Below, one piece after another: positions 20,529 through 29,375 of a stretch of DNA of 45,977 nucleotides. The notes below the pieces were generated by a model that made no database searches, had not been told where the DNA came from, and saw nothing but the letters and a program-made list of their open reading frames with translations. The number at the start of each line of letters is the position of its first letter. Within the stretch, counting starts at the first letter, position 1. The translations under genes were made by a program, and so were the position numbers. Origin of the DNA: Bdellovibrionota bacterium (GTDB lineage: Bacteria > Bdellovibrionota_C > UBA2361 > OMIW01). The stretch lies in contig JBIJBT010000011.1 of NCBI GenBank assembly GCA_044345055.1, forward strand, positions 1 through 45,977. Reading direction: 5' to 3'.

Positions 20529-20885
20529 ATGCGCGTAAAAACAGGAATAGTTCGGCGGCGCCGACACAATAAAATGTTGAAGCTGGCGAGCGGTTATCGC
20601 GGTCGTCGGAACGGGTGTTTTAAACTCGCCAAGCTCTCGGTAGAGCATGGCTGGCGTTATGCGTATCGAGATCGTAAGGCCAAAAAGCGAGAGTTTCGCT
20701 CCTTGTGGATTATGAGAATCAACGCAGCAGCTCGGCTCTGTGGTCTTTCTTATAGCCAATTCATGAGGGGTTTGAACCTGGCCAATATTGAACTTGATAG
20801 AAAGGCGCTCGCTGAGGTTGCAGCAACCGATGAACTAGGTTTTTCGGCGATCGCAGACAGAGTTAAAGCAGCGCTTGCCGCTTAG
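20529..20885 (+). CDS. rplT: 50S ribosomal protein L20
   Basis: RVKTG, YAYRDRK.KKREFRSLWI.RINAAAR, LDRKALA. Confidence 0.98.
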   Translation: MRVKTGIVRRRRHNKMLKLASGYRGRRNGCFKLAKLSVEHGWRYAYRDRKAKKREFRSLWIMRINAAARLCGLSYSQFMRGLNLANIELDRKALAEVAATDELGFSAIADRVKAALAA

Positions 20886-20949
20886 CTTTTAAAATGCGAA
20901 GTGTGGAGGGCGCCGTGTGCGCGATCCAATTCTTGCATGAGCTCTGATT

Positions 20950-20991
20950 AAAATCCCTTGAATAGGATTTCCTATTCAAGGGATTTTTTTT
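20950..20991 (+). terminator. Rho-independent terminator after rplT
   Basis: AAAATCCCTTGAATAGGA-TT-TCCTATTCAAGGGATTTT followed by a T-run. Confidence 0.85.
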
Positions 20992-21060
20992 GGGCGAAGC
21001 TCCAGTTCTAGCAGGTTAGCGGCCAGGCTACGATCAGTCGGAAAAATTAGAGGATCAGTT

Positions 21061-21573
21061 GTGAACGATAATGAAACTCGGGCGGAGCAGGAGGTTGTCG
21101 TCGTACGTCTTACTGCGCTCGCAGTGGGTGAGCTTCTTAGAATTGAGCAGGAAGCAAATCCTGTCCCCTGGTCGGCGAGACTCTTTGAAGATGAATTTCG
21201 ATACGATTATAGTGTTGTTTGGGGGGCTCGTTCGAGAGGGAGGTTAATTGGGTTTATTGTGTGCCACTTTGTGGCGCAAGAGTGCCATATTCTAAATATA
21301 GCGGTTGAGATTAATTCGCGCAGACGTGGCGTTGCGAGTGCGCTTCTTAATCATCTCATCACTCCTCTGATCGCTGCGACCGATAGTAATCCGATCTCCG
21401 GGGAGAAAATCGAGTCCGTTACTCTCGAGGTACGCGAGCACAATAGCGGAGCTCAGGCATTGTATAAAAGCTTCGGTTTTGAAGAGCTTGGACGTAGGAA
21501 GGGGTATTACGCCGATAGTGGAGAAGATGCACTCATCATGACCCGTAGCGTGATGGAGCAACAAATAGAATAG
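21061..21573 (+). CDS. rimI: Ribosomal protein S18-alanine N-acetyltransferase
   Basis: PWS..LF..E, HILNIAV...RRRGVA..LL, TLEVREHN..A..LY..FGF...GRRKGYY...EDALIM. Confidence 0.92.
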   Translation: MNDNETRAEQEVVVVRLTALAVGELLRIEQEANPVPWSARLFEDEFRYDYSVVWGARSRGRLIGFIVCHFVAQECHILNIAVEINSRRRGVASALLNHLITPLIAATDSNPISGEKIESVTLEVREHNSGAQALYKSFGFEELGRRKGYYADSGEDALIMTRSVMEQQIE

Positions 21574-21598
21574 TTTCCGCCTCACTCGGAATAATTAC

Positions 21599-22693
21599 AT
21601 GACACTCTATTCGACAATTATTAAGCCGCTTCTCTTTTTACTTGAAGGCGAGGATGCGCATCGAGTTGGGATGATGGGTGCATCACTCTGCGAGTGCCAA
21701 ACGGTGCAGAGATTGGTGGGCGAGTGTGTGCGGTATGATCACCCAAGCCACGATCATCCAAGCCTCGCGATTCAGCTTGCAGGTATGAAACTTAATGCTC
21801 CGATAGGTATCGCGGCTGGTTTTGACAAAGAGGGGTGCGCCATTGGATTTGGGCAAAGTATCGGTGCAAGTCACATTGAAGTTGGGACGGTGACGCTCCG
21901 ACCACAACCGGGAAACTCTAGACCAAGAGTATTTCGGCTCAAAAATGAGCGGGCGATAGTTAATCGGATGGGATTTCCCTCTTCGGGTGTGGATGCGGTT
22001 TTAGAGAGGTTAAGTCGATGGCAGGGGCGTGAACGAACTATTAGAATTGGAATTAATATCGGGAAAAATAAAGATACTCCCCTTTCTGCTGCAGTTGAAG
22101 AGTACCGTAAACTTTCTCAGTTAGTAGCTCCTTTTGCTGATTATATTTGCATTAATGTTTCTTCTCCGAATACTCCAGAGCTTCGTTCGCTGCAGGAGCC
22201 TGATAGATTGCGCGATCTTTTGGCTGCGTGTCGCACCGAGGTCGGAGCAAAACCACTCTTTGTCAAATTGTCGCCTGATATTGAACAGCGCGATTTAGTG
22301 CCGATTGTTGAGGTTATTCTTGAGCAGCAGATTGATGCAATAGTTGCGACAAACACGACTATTTCTCGCGATTCTTGTGAAGCGGCGAGCAGTTATCAAG
22401 GAGGTCTTAGTGGAGCTCCTTTATTTGAGCGCTCGGTTTCTTTTGTAGCAGCGCTTTATCGCGAATTAGGATCGCGTATTCCTCTTATAGGTGTAGGTGG
22501 AATTGAATCGTCTGAGCGTGCACTTTCTATGATTGCAGCGGGTGCTACGGCACTTCAGCTATATACAGGAATCGTTTTTCACGGCCCATTAATTATCGCC
22601 TCGATTCATAACGAAATCGCCGAATGGTTGCAAAGACGGCAGATCCCAGATCTCTCGTCATTAATTGGACACCCCGAACTACTAGATGCGTGA
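21599..22693 (+). CDS. pyrD: Quinone-dependent (class 2) dihydroorotate dehydrogenase
   Basis: GIAAGFDK, PQPGN.RPRVFRL, NRMGF, NIGKNK, NVSSPNTP, KLSPD, GGLSG. Confidence 0.96.
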   Translation: MTLYSTIIKPLLFLLEGEDAHRVGMMGASLCECQTVQRLVGECVRYDHPSHDHPSLAIQLAGMKLNAPIGIAAGFDKEGCAIGFGQSIGASHIEVGTVTLRPQPGNSRPRVFRLKNERAIVNRMGFPSSGVDAVLERLSRWQGRERTIRIGINIGKNKDTPLSAAVEEYRKLSQLVAPFADYICINVSSPNTPELRSLQEPDRLRDLLAACRTEVGAKPLFVKLSPDIEQRDLVPIVEVILEQQIDAIVATNTTISRDSCEAASSYQGGLSGAPLFERSVSFVAALYRELGSRIPLIGVGGIESSERALSMIAAGATALQLYTGIVFHGPLIIASIHNEIAEWLQRRQIPDLSSLIGHPELLDA

Positions 22694-22817
22694 TATTAAT
22701 ACAGCGGTATGGAGTAAGGCGTGTGGTTGGTAACCCACGTTTTTGTGAATTTGGTGGATGACGGCCACAGATTGTTGTTTTTTTGTGAAAAAAAATCAGT
22801 TTCCGTGCGCCGATTCT

Positions 22818-22847
22818 TTGACGCGCTTTGCGAGTATCTCGTATACT
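22818..22847 (+). promoter_or_regulatory. Putative strong sigma70 promoter in the pyrD-carD intergenic region
   Basis: TTGACG-18 nt-TATACT with AT-rich upstream tract. Confidence 0.5.
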
Positions 22848-23164
22848 CAGTGCGAAGAATGAATAGGGTGGTGATTAGGACAAATCCAGTTCTTCGGACA
22901 GATCTTGGGGTAATTAGAAATCGAATAAAGAGCCGATCAAGAGCTACTTTTCGAGTTTGAATAATTGGAAGCTATTATAGTCCTTAAGGTTTCAATTATA
23001 CATTCCAAGCCTTTCCTGTCAGACGGTACTTTTATCTGATGCAGGTCGGCGCGTTTTGGATTCACGCTGTTTTTTGTTGGGCTTCGTTGGTGCGTAACTA
23101 TAAGCCTAACTTTTTTTATTGCAAGAGCTTTTTTCGGTTTTTTTAAAAAAAGTACGAGCTGGCC

Positions 23165-23204
23165 TCTCGTAGACTAAAACAGGTATCAGTTTTGTTCTAC
23201 GAGA
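23165..23204. repeat. Inverted repeat / hairpin in the long intergenic region
   Basis: TCTCGTAGA...TCTACGAGA (9 bp perfect) enclosing an AAAAC/GTTTT inner stem. Confidence 0.6.
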
Positions 23205-23593
23205 AGCTATTTTGGCGATTTCTTGTTGGTTTTTTTGGGGATTTCTAGTCTCGCCCGAGCTCCGAGGGGAGTGGGGATTGGTTTGTCAAAGGATTGAAGG
23301 TCAAGGTCAGGGTCGCACAGATGGTGACTTAAGGCAGTATCGGCGGTAACGACGCTTGCTTAGTACCAGAGTTCCTCGGATTGAGTATCCAAAGAGGATG
23401 CTCAGGATTTCTGGTGAAAGAGGCGGCGAAGTTGATAAGGGAGTAGTCCAGTTCCGGTGTCGAATCGAGCAGTTGTCCGGTCCGAAAGTGAGCGAGAGAG
23501 TGTGATCTAAATCCATTTTTTCGAAGTTCAAAAATCGGTCGATTCGGTGCTCTTGTGTCAGAGAGTCGTAATCATCTTGGGAGGAGTCCAGTC

Positions 23594-24088
23594 TTGAAGA
23601 CCTATTCGTTCAAAGTTGGCGAGAAGGTGGTCTATCCTGGTCACGGGGTAGGCGAGGTTGAAAAAATCGTAAGTCGAGTATTGGGGGGAAGCGAACGCGA
23701 ATTTTATGTAATTCATGTGCTAGATACGAAGGGCACAAAAATAATGGTTCCGGTTGAGCAATCCGAAGCTGTTGGTTTGAGGCGGATAGTTGATCGTCAG
23801 TCTATCGACCAGGTTTATGAGATTCTCAGAACCAAACGGATAAAGATCGATACCCAGACATGGAATCGTCGTGTCCGAGATTACACGAATAAGCTGAAGA
23901 CCGGTTCGTTGTTTGAGATTGCAGAAGTTGTGCGAGATATATCGGTCATCGGTTCTGGCAAAGAGCTCTCATATGGAGAGAAGAAGATGCTCGAGAGCGC
24001 TCAGCAGCTATTGGTCTCAGAGGTTTCAATTGTAAAATCAAGGGCTGAGGAGAGGGTCCGCGACGAGATCGCCGAGATCTTCGCGTAA
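23594..24088 (+). CDS. carD: CarD/CdnL family RNA polymerase-binding factor
   Basis: FKVGEKVVYPGHGVG, IMVPV, TWNRR (conserved Trp), KLKTGSLFEIAEVVRD, LSYGEKKML; TTG start after GGAGGAG. Confidence 0.95.
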   Translation: MKTYSFKVGEKVVYPGHGVGEVEKIVSRVLGGSEREFYVIHVLDTKGTKIMVPVEQSEAVGLRRIVDRQSIDQVYEILRTKRIKIDTQTWNRRVRDYTNKLKTGSLFEIAEVVRDISVIGSGKELSYGEKKMLESAQQLLVSEVSIVKSRAEERVRDEIAEIFA

Positions 24089-24097
24089 CGGTCCCGT

Positions 24098-24874
24098 ATG
24101 GTCCAGCTCTCATCGGTCACTGTTGGTGTTGTTGTGGCTGCGGGTAGTGGCAGCCGATTGGGAGCTGGTATTCCGAAAGCCTTTGTTAAGGTCGGTGGTG
24201 TTCCGATGGTGCAGCGTGCCATCGGAACACTTCAGGCTTCCGGAGGTGTTTCATCGGTGATTGTCGTTGTACCTCCGGATTGGGAGGGTGAGCAGCTTAA
24301 TGCGGTGAGCAGAGAAGCTCGGGACGATTCGTCTATACCTCTTGCGGTCATTAGGGGCGGCACAACGCGACAGGAATCAGTGGCGCGGGCCATTTTCTAC
24401 TCTAAATCATCCTTTTCATCATCAGAATATATCGTTATTCACGATGCAGCGCGGTGTTTGACGCCGCCTGCGGTTGTGCGTCGGGTCGCAGAGGCTGCGT
24501 GGAGCTTCGGTGCGGCGACCGCTGCTGTGCCGGTGGTTGATACACTTCGCCGAGTTGTGGGTGAGCAGCAGAGCTCTGCTATCGGGAGAGGGGAACCTCG
24601 TCCGCACGGAGAAAATTCTGTAGGAAGTAAAATTTCTGCAGGGACTATCTGTGGCGAGCTAGATCGGGAGGGAGTGTGGCATATCCAGACCCCGCAGGCT
24701 TTTGAGATTGAGCTACTTTCCCGCGCTCACGAAGCCGCTCAGGGCGAGGCAACAGACGATACTTCGTTAGTAACCCCTTTCCATCCTGTTCAGATTGTTG
24801 CGGGGAGCCGTTTTTCCTTCAAGATTACTACACCGGAAGATCTCGAATTCGCTGAGGCACTTGCGGGAAGATGA
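24098..24874 (+). CDS. ispD: 2-C-methyl-D-erythritol 4-phosphate cytidylyltransferase
   Basis: AAGSGSRLG..PKAF, GGTTRQESV, IHDAARC, QTPQAF, TDD, KITTPEDL; follows carD. Confidence 0.95.
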   Translation: MVQLSSVTVGVVVAAGSGSRLGAGIPKAFVKVGGVPMVQRAIGTLQASGGVSSVIVVVPPDWEGEQLNAVSREARDDSSIPLAVIRGGTTRQESVARAIFYSKSSFSSSEYIVIHDAARCLTPPAVVRRVAEAAWSFGAATAAVPVVDTLRRVVGEQQSSAIGRGEPRPHGENSVGSKISAGTICGELDREGVWHIQTPQAFEIELLSRAHEAAQGEATDDTSLVTPFHPVQIVAGSRFSFKITTPEDLEFAEALAGR

Positions 24875-24901
24875 GCTTGCGACGCCTTTAGAAGTAGTCG
24901 T

Positions 24902-26302
24902 TCAGGAGCCCTGATATCCGAACAATTTTCTCTCTCTTATCAGATCAGCCACCGGTAATGGGACATAATCTTGCCAATTTGAGTCCCCTGAGCGGATTAA
25001 CTGAAGTACCTCGGTAGAGGTAATCGATACAGGTCGCGGTCCTTGATTCGACACCTGACTGATGCACCCTTGTTCGTGAAGATGAGATACGAGATGCCTT
25101 ACGGGTGAATCTGGGCCTTTTAGTGATTCTATGGTGAGCGTTGTTCCGTTAGCGAGGATTTGCGGGTAGCAGTATGCGCGGACCTCTTCGCGAAAAAGTT
25201 GGCCCAGCCCTTCGAGCACGCCGCCATTAAGTTCCTCGTAGTTGCGCGCATTGAGGAGGTCAACGAGTGCTGCGCCGCCGAGAGAGAGTGCTATCGGTTG
25301 ATTCGTAAATCCCCGAAGATATCGAATAAGACCGTATGAACCGGTAAAGCGGGTGATAAGGACCTGTTGACCGAGCGCTGATAATGCATCGACTCGATCT
25401 AGAAAATCTTTGGGATCGAGAGCCGCCGTATCGAAGAGATTTTTGGTCGTTAACTCCATAAAGGTAGTGGACTTGCTCGCCTGTCCTGGAAAATCCTCTT
25501 TAAATTGGACGTAAGACGCCAAAAGCATATCGAGATGGGTGTGGGTAACGGGGCGAAATGTTCCTCGCTGAATTAGAATAGGCTTTTTATAGAGCGCATC
25601 AGCTGGTTGCAGCACATTACCGCTCGAGTCAAACATTGCGATATCTGCGACGCCCTTCTGGACGAGTAAAAGAGACATCAGCCGATTATCAACTTCGCTG
25701 AAGGCGTGCCCAGAAAATTCGATCATGTCGATCTCGACACGAGCTCGCGATAGGTTGTCGAGAAGCTTCTCGATGATCACATCGGGGTGACTATTTTCAT
25801 AAAAGCAGGAATGGATGAGATTAACTCCGAGGATGCCGACCGCTTCCTGTTGAAGGATATGGGTATTGTCGTATAGCCGCACATGGATGAGCACCTGAGA
25901 GACCGGCCCGTTGGGGTGATTTTGAAAACGCAACCCCATCCATCCGTGATCGTAGCTCGTATCGACCCCATATTTTCGGGCGGTCATTGTGTTGGCGAAT
26001 GCGAAGAGCCGTTTTGTATCATCCTGAAGTCGTTCAACATTCAGCGAAAATTCATGATTTAGCATCTGCAGAAGCCGCTCGTGCGATACGTAGCGGCGCG
26101 AGGTCCCATAAATCGCATCGCTTACCGTCATATCGTACGCTGACATACTTTTCGCGACGGTCCCGGCGGCACCACCGACGCGAAAAAACCATCGAACAAC
26201 CTCTTGTCCAGCGCCTATCTCAGCGAAGGTGCCGTAGCGCGAGCTGTCGAGATTCACCTGAAGTGCCTTTTGGTGAGTCGTCGTGAGGGAGGGATCTGAC
26301 AT
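24902..26302 (-). CDS. Conserved cytoplasmic protein with a C-terminal nucleotidyltransferase-like (NadD-like) domain
   Basis: N-terminal KAL.VNLD..YGTFAEIGAGQEVVRWFFRVGGAAGTVAKSMSAYDM signature; RGTFRPVTHTH (HxGH-like) and ITST..L..IR.GD..W...VP..V...I..LFGY tail. Confidence 0.8.
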   Translation of the reverse strand: MSDPSLTTTHQKALQVNLDSSRYGTFAEIGAGQEVVRWFFRVGGAAGTVAKSMSAYDMTVSDAIYGTSRRYVSHERLLQMLNHEFSLNVERLQDDTKRLFAFANTMTARKYGVDTSYDHGWMGLRFQNHPNGPVSQVLIHVRLYDNTHILQQEAVGILGVNLIHSCFYENSHPDVIIEKLLDNLSRARVEIDMIEFSGHAFSEVDNRLMSLLLVQKGVADIAMFDSSGNVLQPADALYKKPILIQRGTFRPVTHTHLDMLLASYVQFKEDFPGQASKSTTFMELTTKNLFDTAALDPKDFLDRVDALSALGQQVLITRFTGSYGLIRYLRGFTNQPIALSLGGAALVDLLNARNYEELNGGVLEGLGQLFREEVRAYCYPQILANGTTLTIESLKGPDSPVRHLVSHLHEQGCISQVSNQGPRPVSITSTEVLQLIRSGDSNWQDYVPLPVADLIRERKLFGYQGS

Positions 26303-26535
26303 ACGGATGCCTGCTACTGAATAGTTGAGCGCGGTTCGATGAGAAATGAATCGCTGTTAGAGGTTTTGATGACGAAGGGGCGGAAAAAGGCTCGGGTATG
26401 GCGCGACTCCAATTTACCTCAACTTCCCCCTTCGCCGAGCCGATACCCCCTCCAACGATTAATATGCGCCAAAGATACAGATAACAACCAGCTCCAAGGA
26501 AGGGGCTGCGCTCTTTTTTTTGGGAGTTTCTGATT

Positions 26536-26997
26536 ATGACTAAGTCAAAACCAACTCCGCCGCCCGGCGAGGGGTTTAGTGAGGAGCTATTTGAGGTCGC
26601 AAGGAAGCACATACGACTACTGATTGTTGACGATAATCCAACATTTGCGGCGGCAATAGAGGAGCATGCTGAGCTCTTCTCCTTTCAGTGCGCGATCGAT
26701 TGTCGGTCTGCCTCTACCGAGGGTGAGGCGTTAGAATTAACAAAAACTTGGTTTCCAAGCTGTGTTCTTGTCCACCTGCATCTCAATCAGGGGGATGCTT
26801 TCTCTTTATTGCGGCGGTGGCGCGACAGTATGATGACTGTGATAGCAATCGCAGACCAACACTCGGCTTTTATTGAGGAGGCGGCAAGGACGGGTGGGGC
26901 AGATGCATTCTACGCCCGAAGCGATAACCCGGAGGACCTTATGCACCTACTTGAGGAGGTTGTAACCCATGTTCCGGGAGCTCCGGCGGTACATTAG
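26536..26997 (+). CDS. Stand-alone atypical (pseudo) receiver domain protein
   Basis: LLIVDDN acidic pocket and GADAF retained; phospho-Asp position reads VLVHLHL and the conserved Lys position is Arg. Confidence 0.75.
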   Translation: MTKSKPTPPPGEGFSEELFEVARKHIRLLIVDDNPTFAAAIEEHAELFSFQCAIDCRSASTEGEALELTKTWFPSCVLVHLHLNQGDAFSLLRRWRDSMMTVIAIADQHSAFIEEAARTGGADAFYARSDNPEDLMHLLEEVVTHVPGAPAVH

Positions 26998-27172
26998 GAA
27001 TGGGCTCAACCGAATTTTGCGGCTTATCAAACGATTTAGAGATCCAATTTCACGGTGATGCGACGCGGTCATGCGACGCTGTGTTGCCCCTATGCTGCTG
27101 TTGTGCAAGCGCCTTCCATACCGCTAACTAAAGGATGTTGGCGGGCGACTAGAAGGAATTACAGCCGGGAGG

Positions 27173-28138
27173 ATGGTGATGCGGGGGCGGATTATTGGGG
27201 GAGTGGCGCTGCTGCTTGTTGGAGTAATCGCGGGCTTTTGGTTGAGGGGAGGGGAGCTGAAGCTCGGAGAGGGCGCTACTCAGGGGGGCGCGCTTGGAAA
27301 GGTCTCTGAAGCTCGAGAATCGGCGGTCCCGCCTCTCCGCGATCTTGGCCCACGACGTTATATCCAGGTACTTCGAGACTCTACCGCGCGAGAAATACGG
27401 TCGCTGCAAACTTCGGTAGTTGAGTTTCGCCCATCCCCCGGCTCAAAGCTCGAACCGTTGCTCGGTCCGTCGGGAAGCATAACCCTCATCGGGGCCGTGC
27501 ACATCGGTGAGCGCGGTTATTACGATGAACTTAATCGGGAATTTCGCCAATATAGCCGGGTTCTATACGAGCTTGTTGCACCCCGCGGAGTGCGCCCCCG
27601 ACCAGATCGCAGCTCAGAAAACGGTAGTCTGCTGGCGACCTTTCAACGGCTCCTAACCGATTATTTCGGGATGGTTCATCAGATCGATGCTATCGATTAT
27701 TCTCGCCGAAACTTTATCCATGCCGACCTCTCCCCAGAAGAGATCCTCGCTGAAGGCAAACGCCGCGGCGAGACGATGATGTCGCTAGGAATCGGAATCC
27801 TCGGCGATATGTTCCGTGCTTACGGAAAGATAAATCAGCTCGGTGTCCCCACCCCCAACCCCACAAACACCGGCCCCAAGGCGCTTCTTGCCCAGTTCGC
27901 TGAGGTAATGGAACGCACCGGCGGAGAGGGCCTAGGCGGCACCCTAGAGCCGTATATAATTGATATTAGGAACGAAGAAGCGTTGCGAGTGCTTGCAAAA
28001 GAGCTAATTGGTGGCGCCAAGAGCATAGCCATCTTCTACGGCGCCGCCCACCTTCCCAAGTTCGAAGAAAGCCTGCGAAGCCGTTTCGGGCTAGTGCCGG
28101 TCCGAGAGAGGTGGTTGACGGCGTGGAATTTGGGGTGA
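27173..28138 (+). CDS. Exported/anchored hypothetical protein, TraB/GumN (Tiki)-like fold
   Basis: N-terminal TM; LIGAVHIG, VLYE, IRN and IFYGAAH motifs in TraB-like order. Confidence 0.65.
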   Translation: MVMRGRIIGGVALLLVGVIAGFWLRGGELKLGEGATQGGALGKVSEARESAVPPLRDLGPRRYIQVLRDSTAREIRSLQTSVVEFRPSPGSKLEPLLGPSGSITLIGAVHIGERGYYDELNREFRQYSRVLYELVAPRGVRPRPDRSSENGSLLATFQRLLTDYFGMVHQIDAIDYSRRNFIHADLSPEEILAEGKRRGETMMSLGIGILGDMFRAYGKINQLGVPTPNPTNTGPKALLAQFAEVMERTGGEGLGGTLEPYIIDIRNEEALRVLAKELIGGAKSIAIFYGAAHLPKFEESLRSRFGLVPVRERWLTAWNLG

Positions 28139-28224
28139 GGGGATTTTTTTTGACAGAGATATGATATTCATTTTAACTTACCCGGAATAACTTATGCGGT
28201 GTCTGTCAGATTTTTGGAGCATTT

Positions 28225-28722
28225 ATGGATAATTTTTTTAAGGATCTTCAGAGACAAGGTTGTGAAGCCGCAAATTGGGCATTGGGCCATTTAGCCCATG
28301 GAAGACCAGTAGGTCCTTTGGGTCAAGAGTATCGAGTTAAAGCAAGTTTTATCAGCAAAGATTTGAATGCAACCGTAGATTTGCTTGAAAATTTAAGACA
28401 GGGGGGGAACCCTCCTGTTTGGATTCGGAATGTAGGTCAAACAAATATAGCCGAAAACGGAAACACTAAACAGCTTGAAGCTCTGAACCGGACTGTAGCG
28501 GCGATGATTGGCGACGAGGCCTTTGACATTCGTAAAGCGGGTCGTCTTGCAGAGTTACAGCGTTTTGTTGGTCTTAGAAACATCGAGACGACTAAAATTT
28601 CTCCAGACGGAACTCCGGAAACGGCTAAAGATCAGTTAGTGTTGGGCCCGGAGACCGCTTATAAACTACTTGAGAAGCTCAAAAGAGCTGGTACGGTTCA
28701 GCTCGTAAATAAATGCGAATAA
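28225..28722 (+). CDS. Hypothetical protein
   Basis: 165-aa ORF, SD GGAG, upstream TTGACA; no family recognised. Confidence 0.6.
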   Translation: MDNFFKDLQRQGCEAANWALGHLAHGRPVGPLGQEYRVKASFISKDLNATVDLLENLRQGGNPPVWIRNVGQTNIAENGNTKQLEALNRTVAAMIGDEAFDIRKAGRLAELQRFVGLRNIETTKISPDGTPETAKDQLVLGPETAYKLLEKLKRAGTVQLVNKCE

Positions 28723-28724
28723 TC

Positions 28725-29159
28725 CTACCCCCGAACCACCAACACCAACGAAACCAACCCCAACCCAATACCAACTGCTCGGGTTGGGGTAACACTCTCG
28801 CCGAATAGCCAGACGCTCACTGCAGCAAAGCTAATAGCGGTTCCAACGGCTAGTGCTACATGGGTATTAATCGCTGATCCGTGACGGAAGGCGAAGAAGA
28901 GGGAAAAATCAATAACGACAACCGCCAATCCTACCAGCACTGCGAGAAGGGCTCCGCGAGAATCATAAAAAAGATTTACCTGCTCACCCATTACATATCG
29001 ATAAAAAAGGAGCGTTACGGTGTGTCCAATAAGGGCGACCGCTGAGAGTAGGAAGGTGAAAAAAAAGGGGTTAATTCGGCCATCTGCGAGCTTGAGGCCG
29101 GAAAGATAGGTGACGTTTCCCACAATCGCGACGAAGGTAAAGAGAAGCCATAGGATCAT
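28725..29159 (-). CDS. EamA/DMT-superfamily small membrane transporter
   Basis: About five hydrophobic segments; C-terminal LFGESVTPTRAVGIGLGLVSL. Confidence 0.8.
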   Translation of the reverse strand: MILWLLFTFVAIVGNVTYLSGLKLADGRINPFFFTFLLSAVALIGHTVTLLFYRYVMGEQVNLFYDSRGALLAVLVGLAVVVIDFSLFFAFRHGSAINTHVALAVGTAISFAAVSVWLFGESVTPTRAVGIGLGLVSLVLVVRG

Positions 29160-29375
29160 AAGTTCGCTCTTTTTAGCGGTTTTAGGCGAGAGTGATCTTT
29201 GTAATTACCGTAGAAAAAAAATGGCGCGGTGCAGCCTTAAGTCAGGTGCATCAATGGCTCTGTCGCCTTGACTCGTAGTCCCCCCTATTCAATCATATCG
29301 TAATTATCGGTGCGAGCGTTTCTCTTGCGCTCTGTTTCGCCGATTCAGAGTTCCTCAATTCAAAAGACCCAGACC

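Noticed and set aside
22740..22800. oriC in the pyrD-carD gap
   Set aside because: Only one relaxed DnaA-box match (TGTGAAAAA) was seen, with no box cluster or dnaA/gidA context
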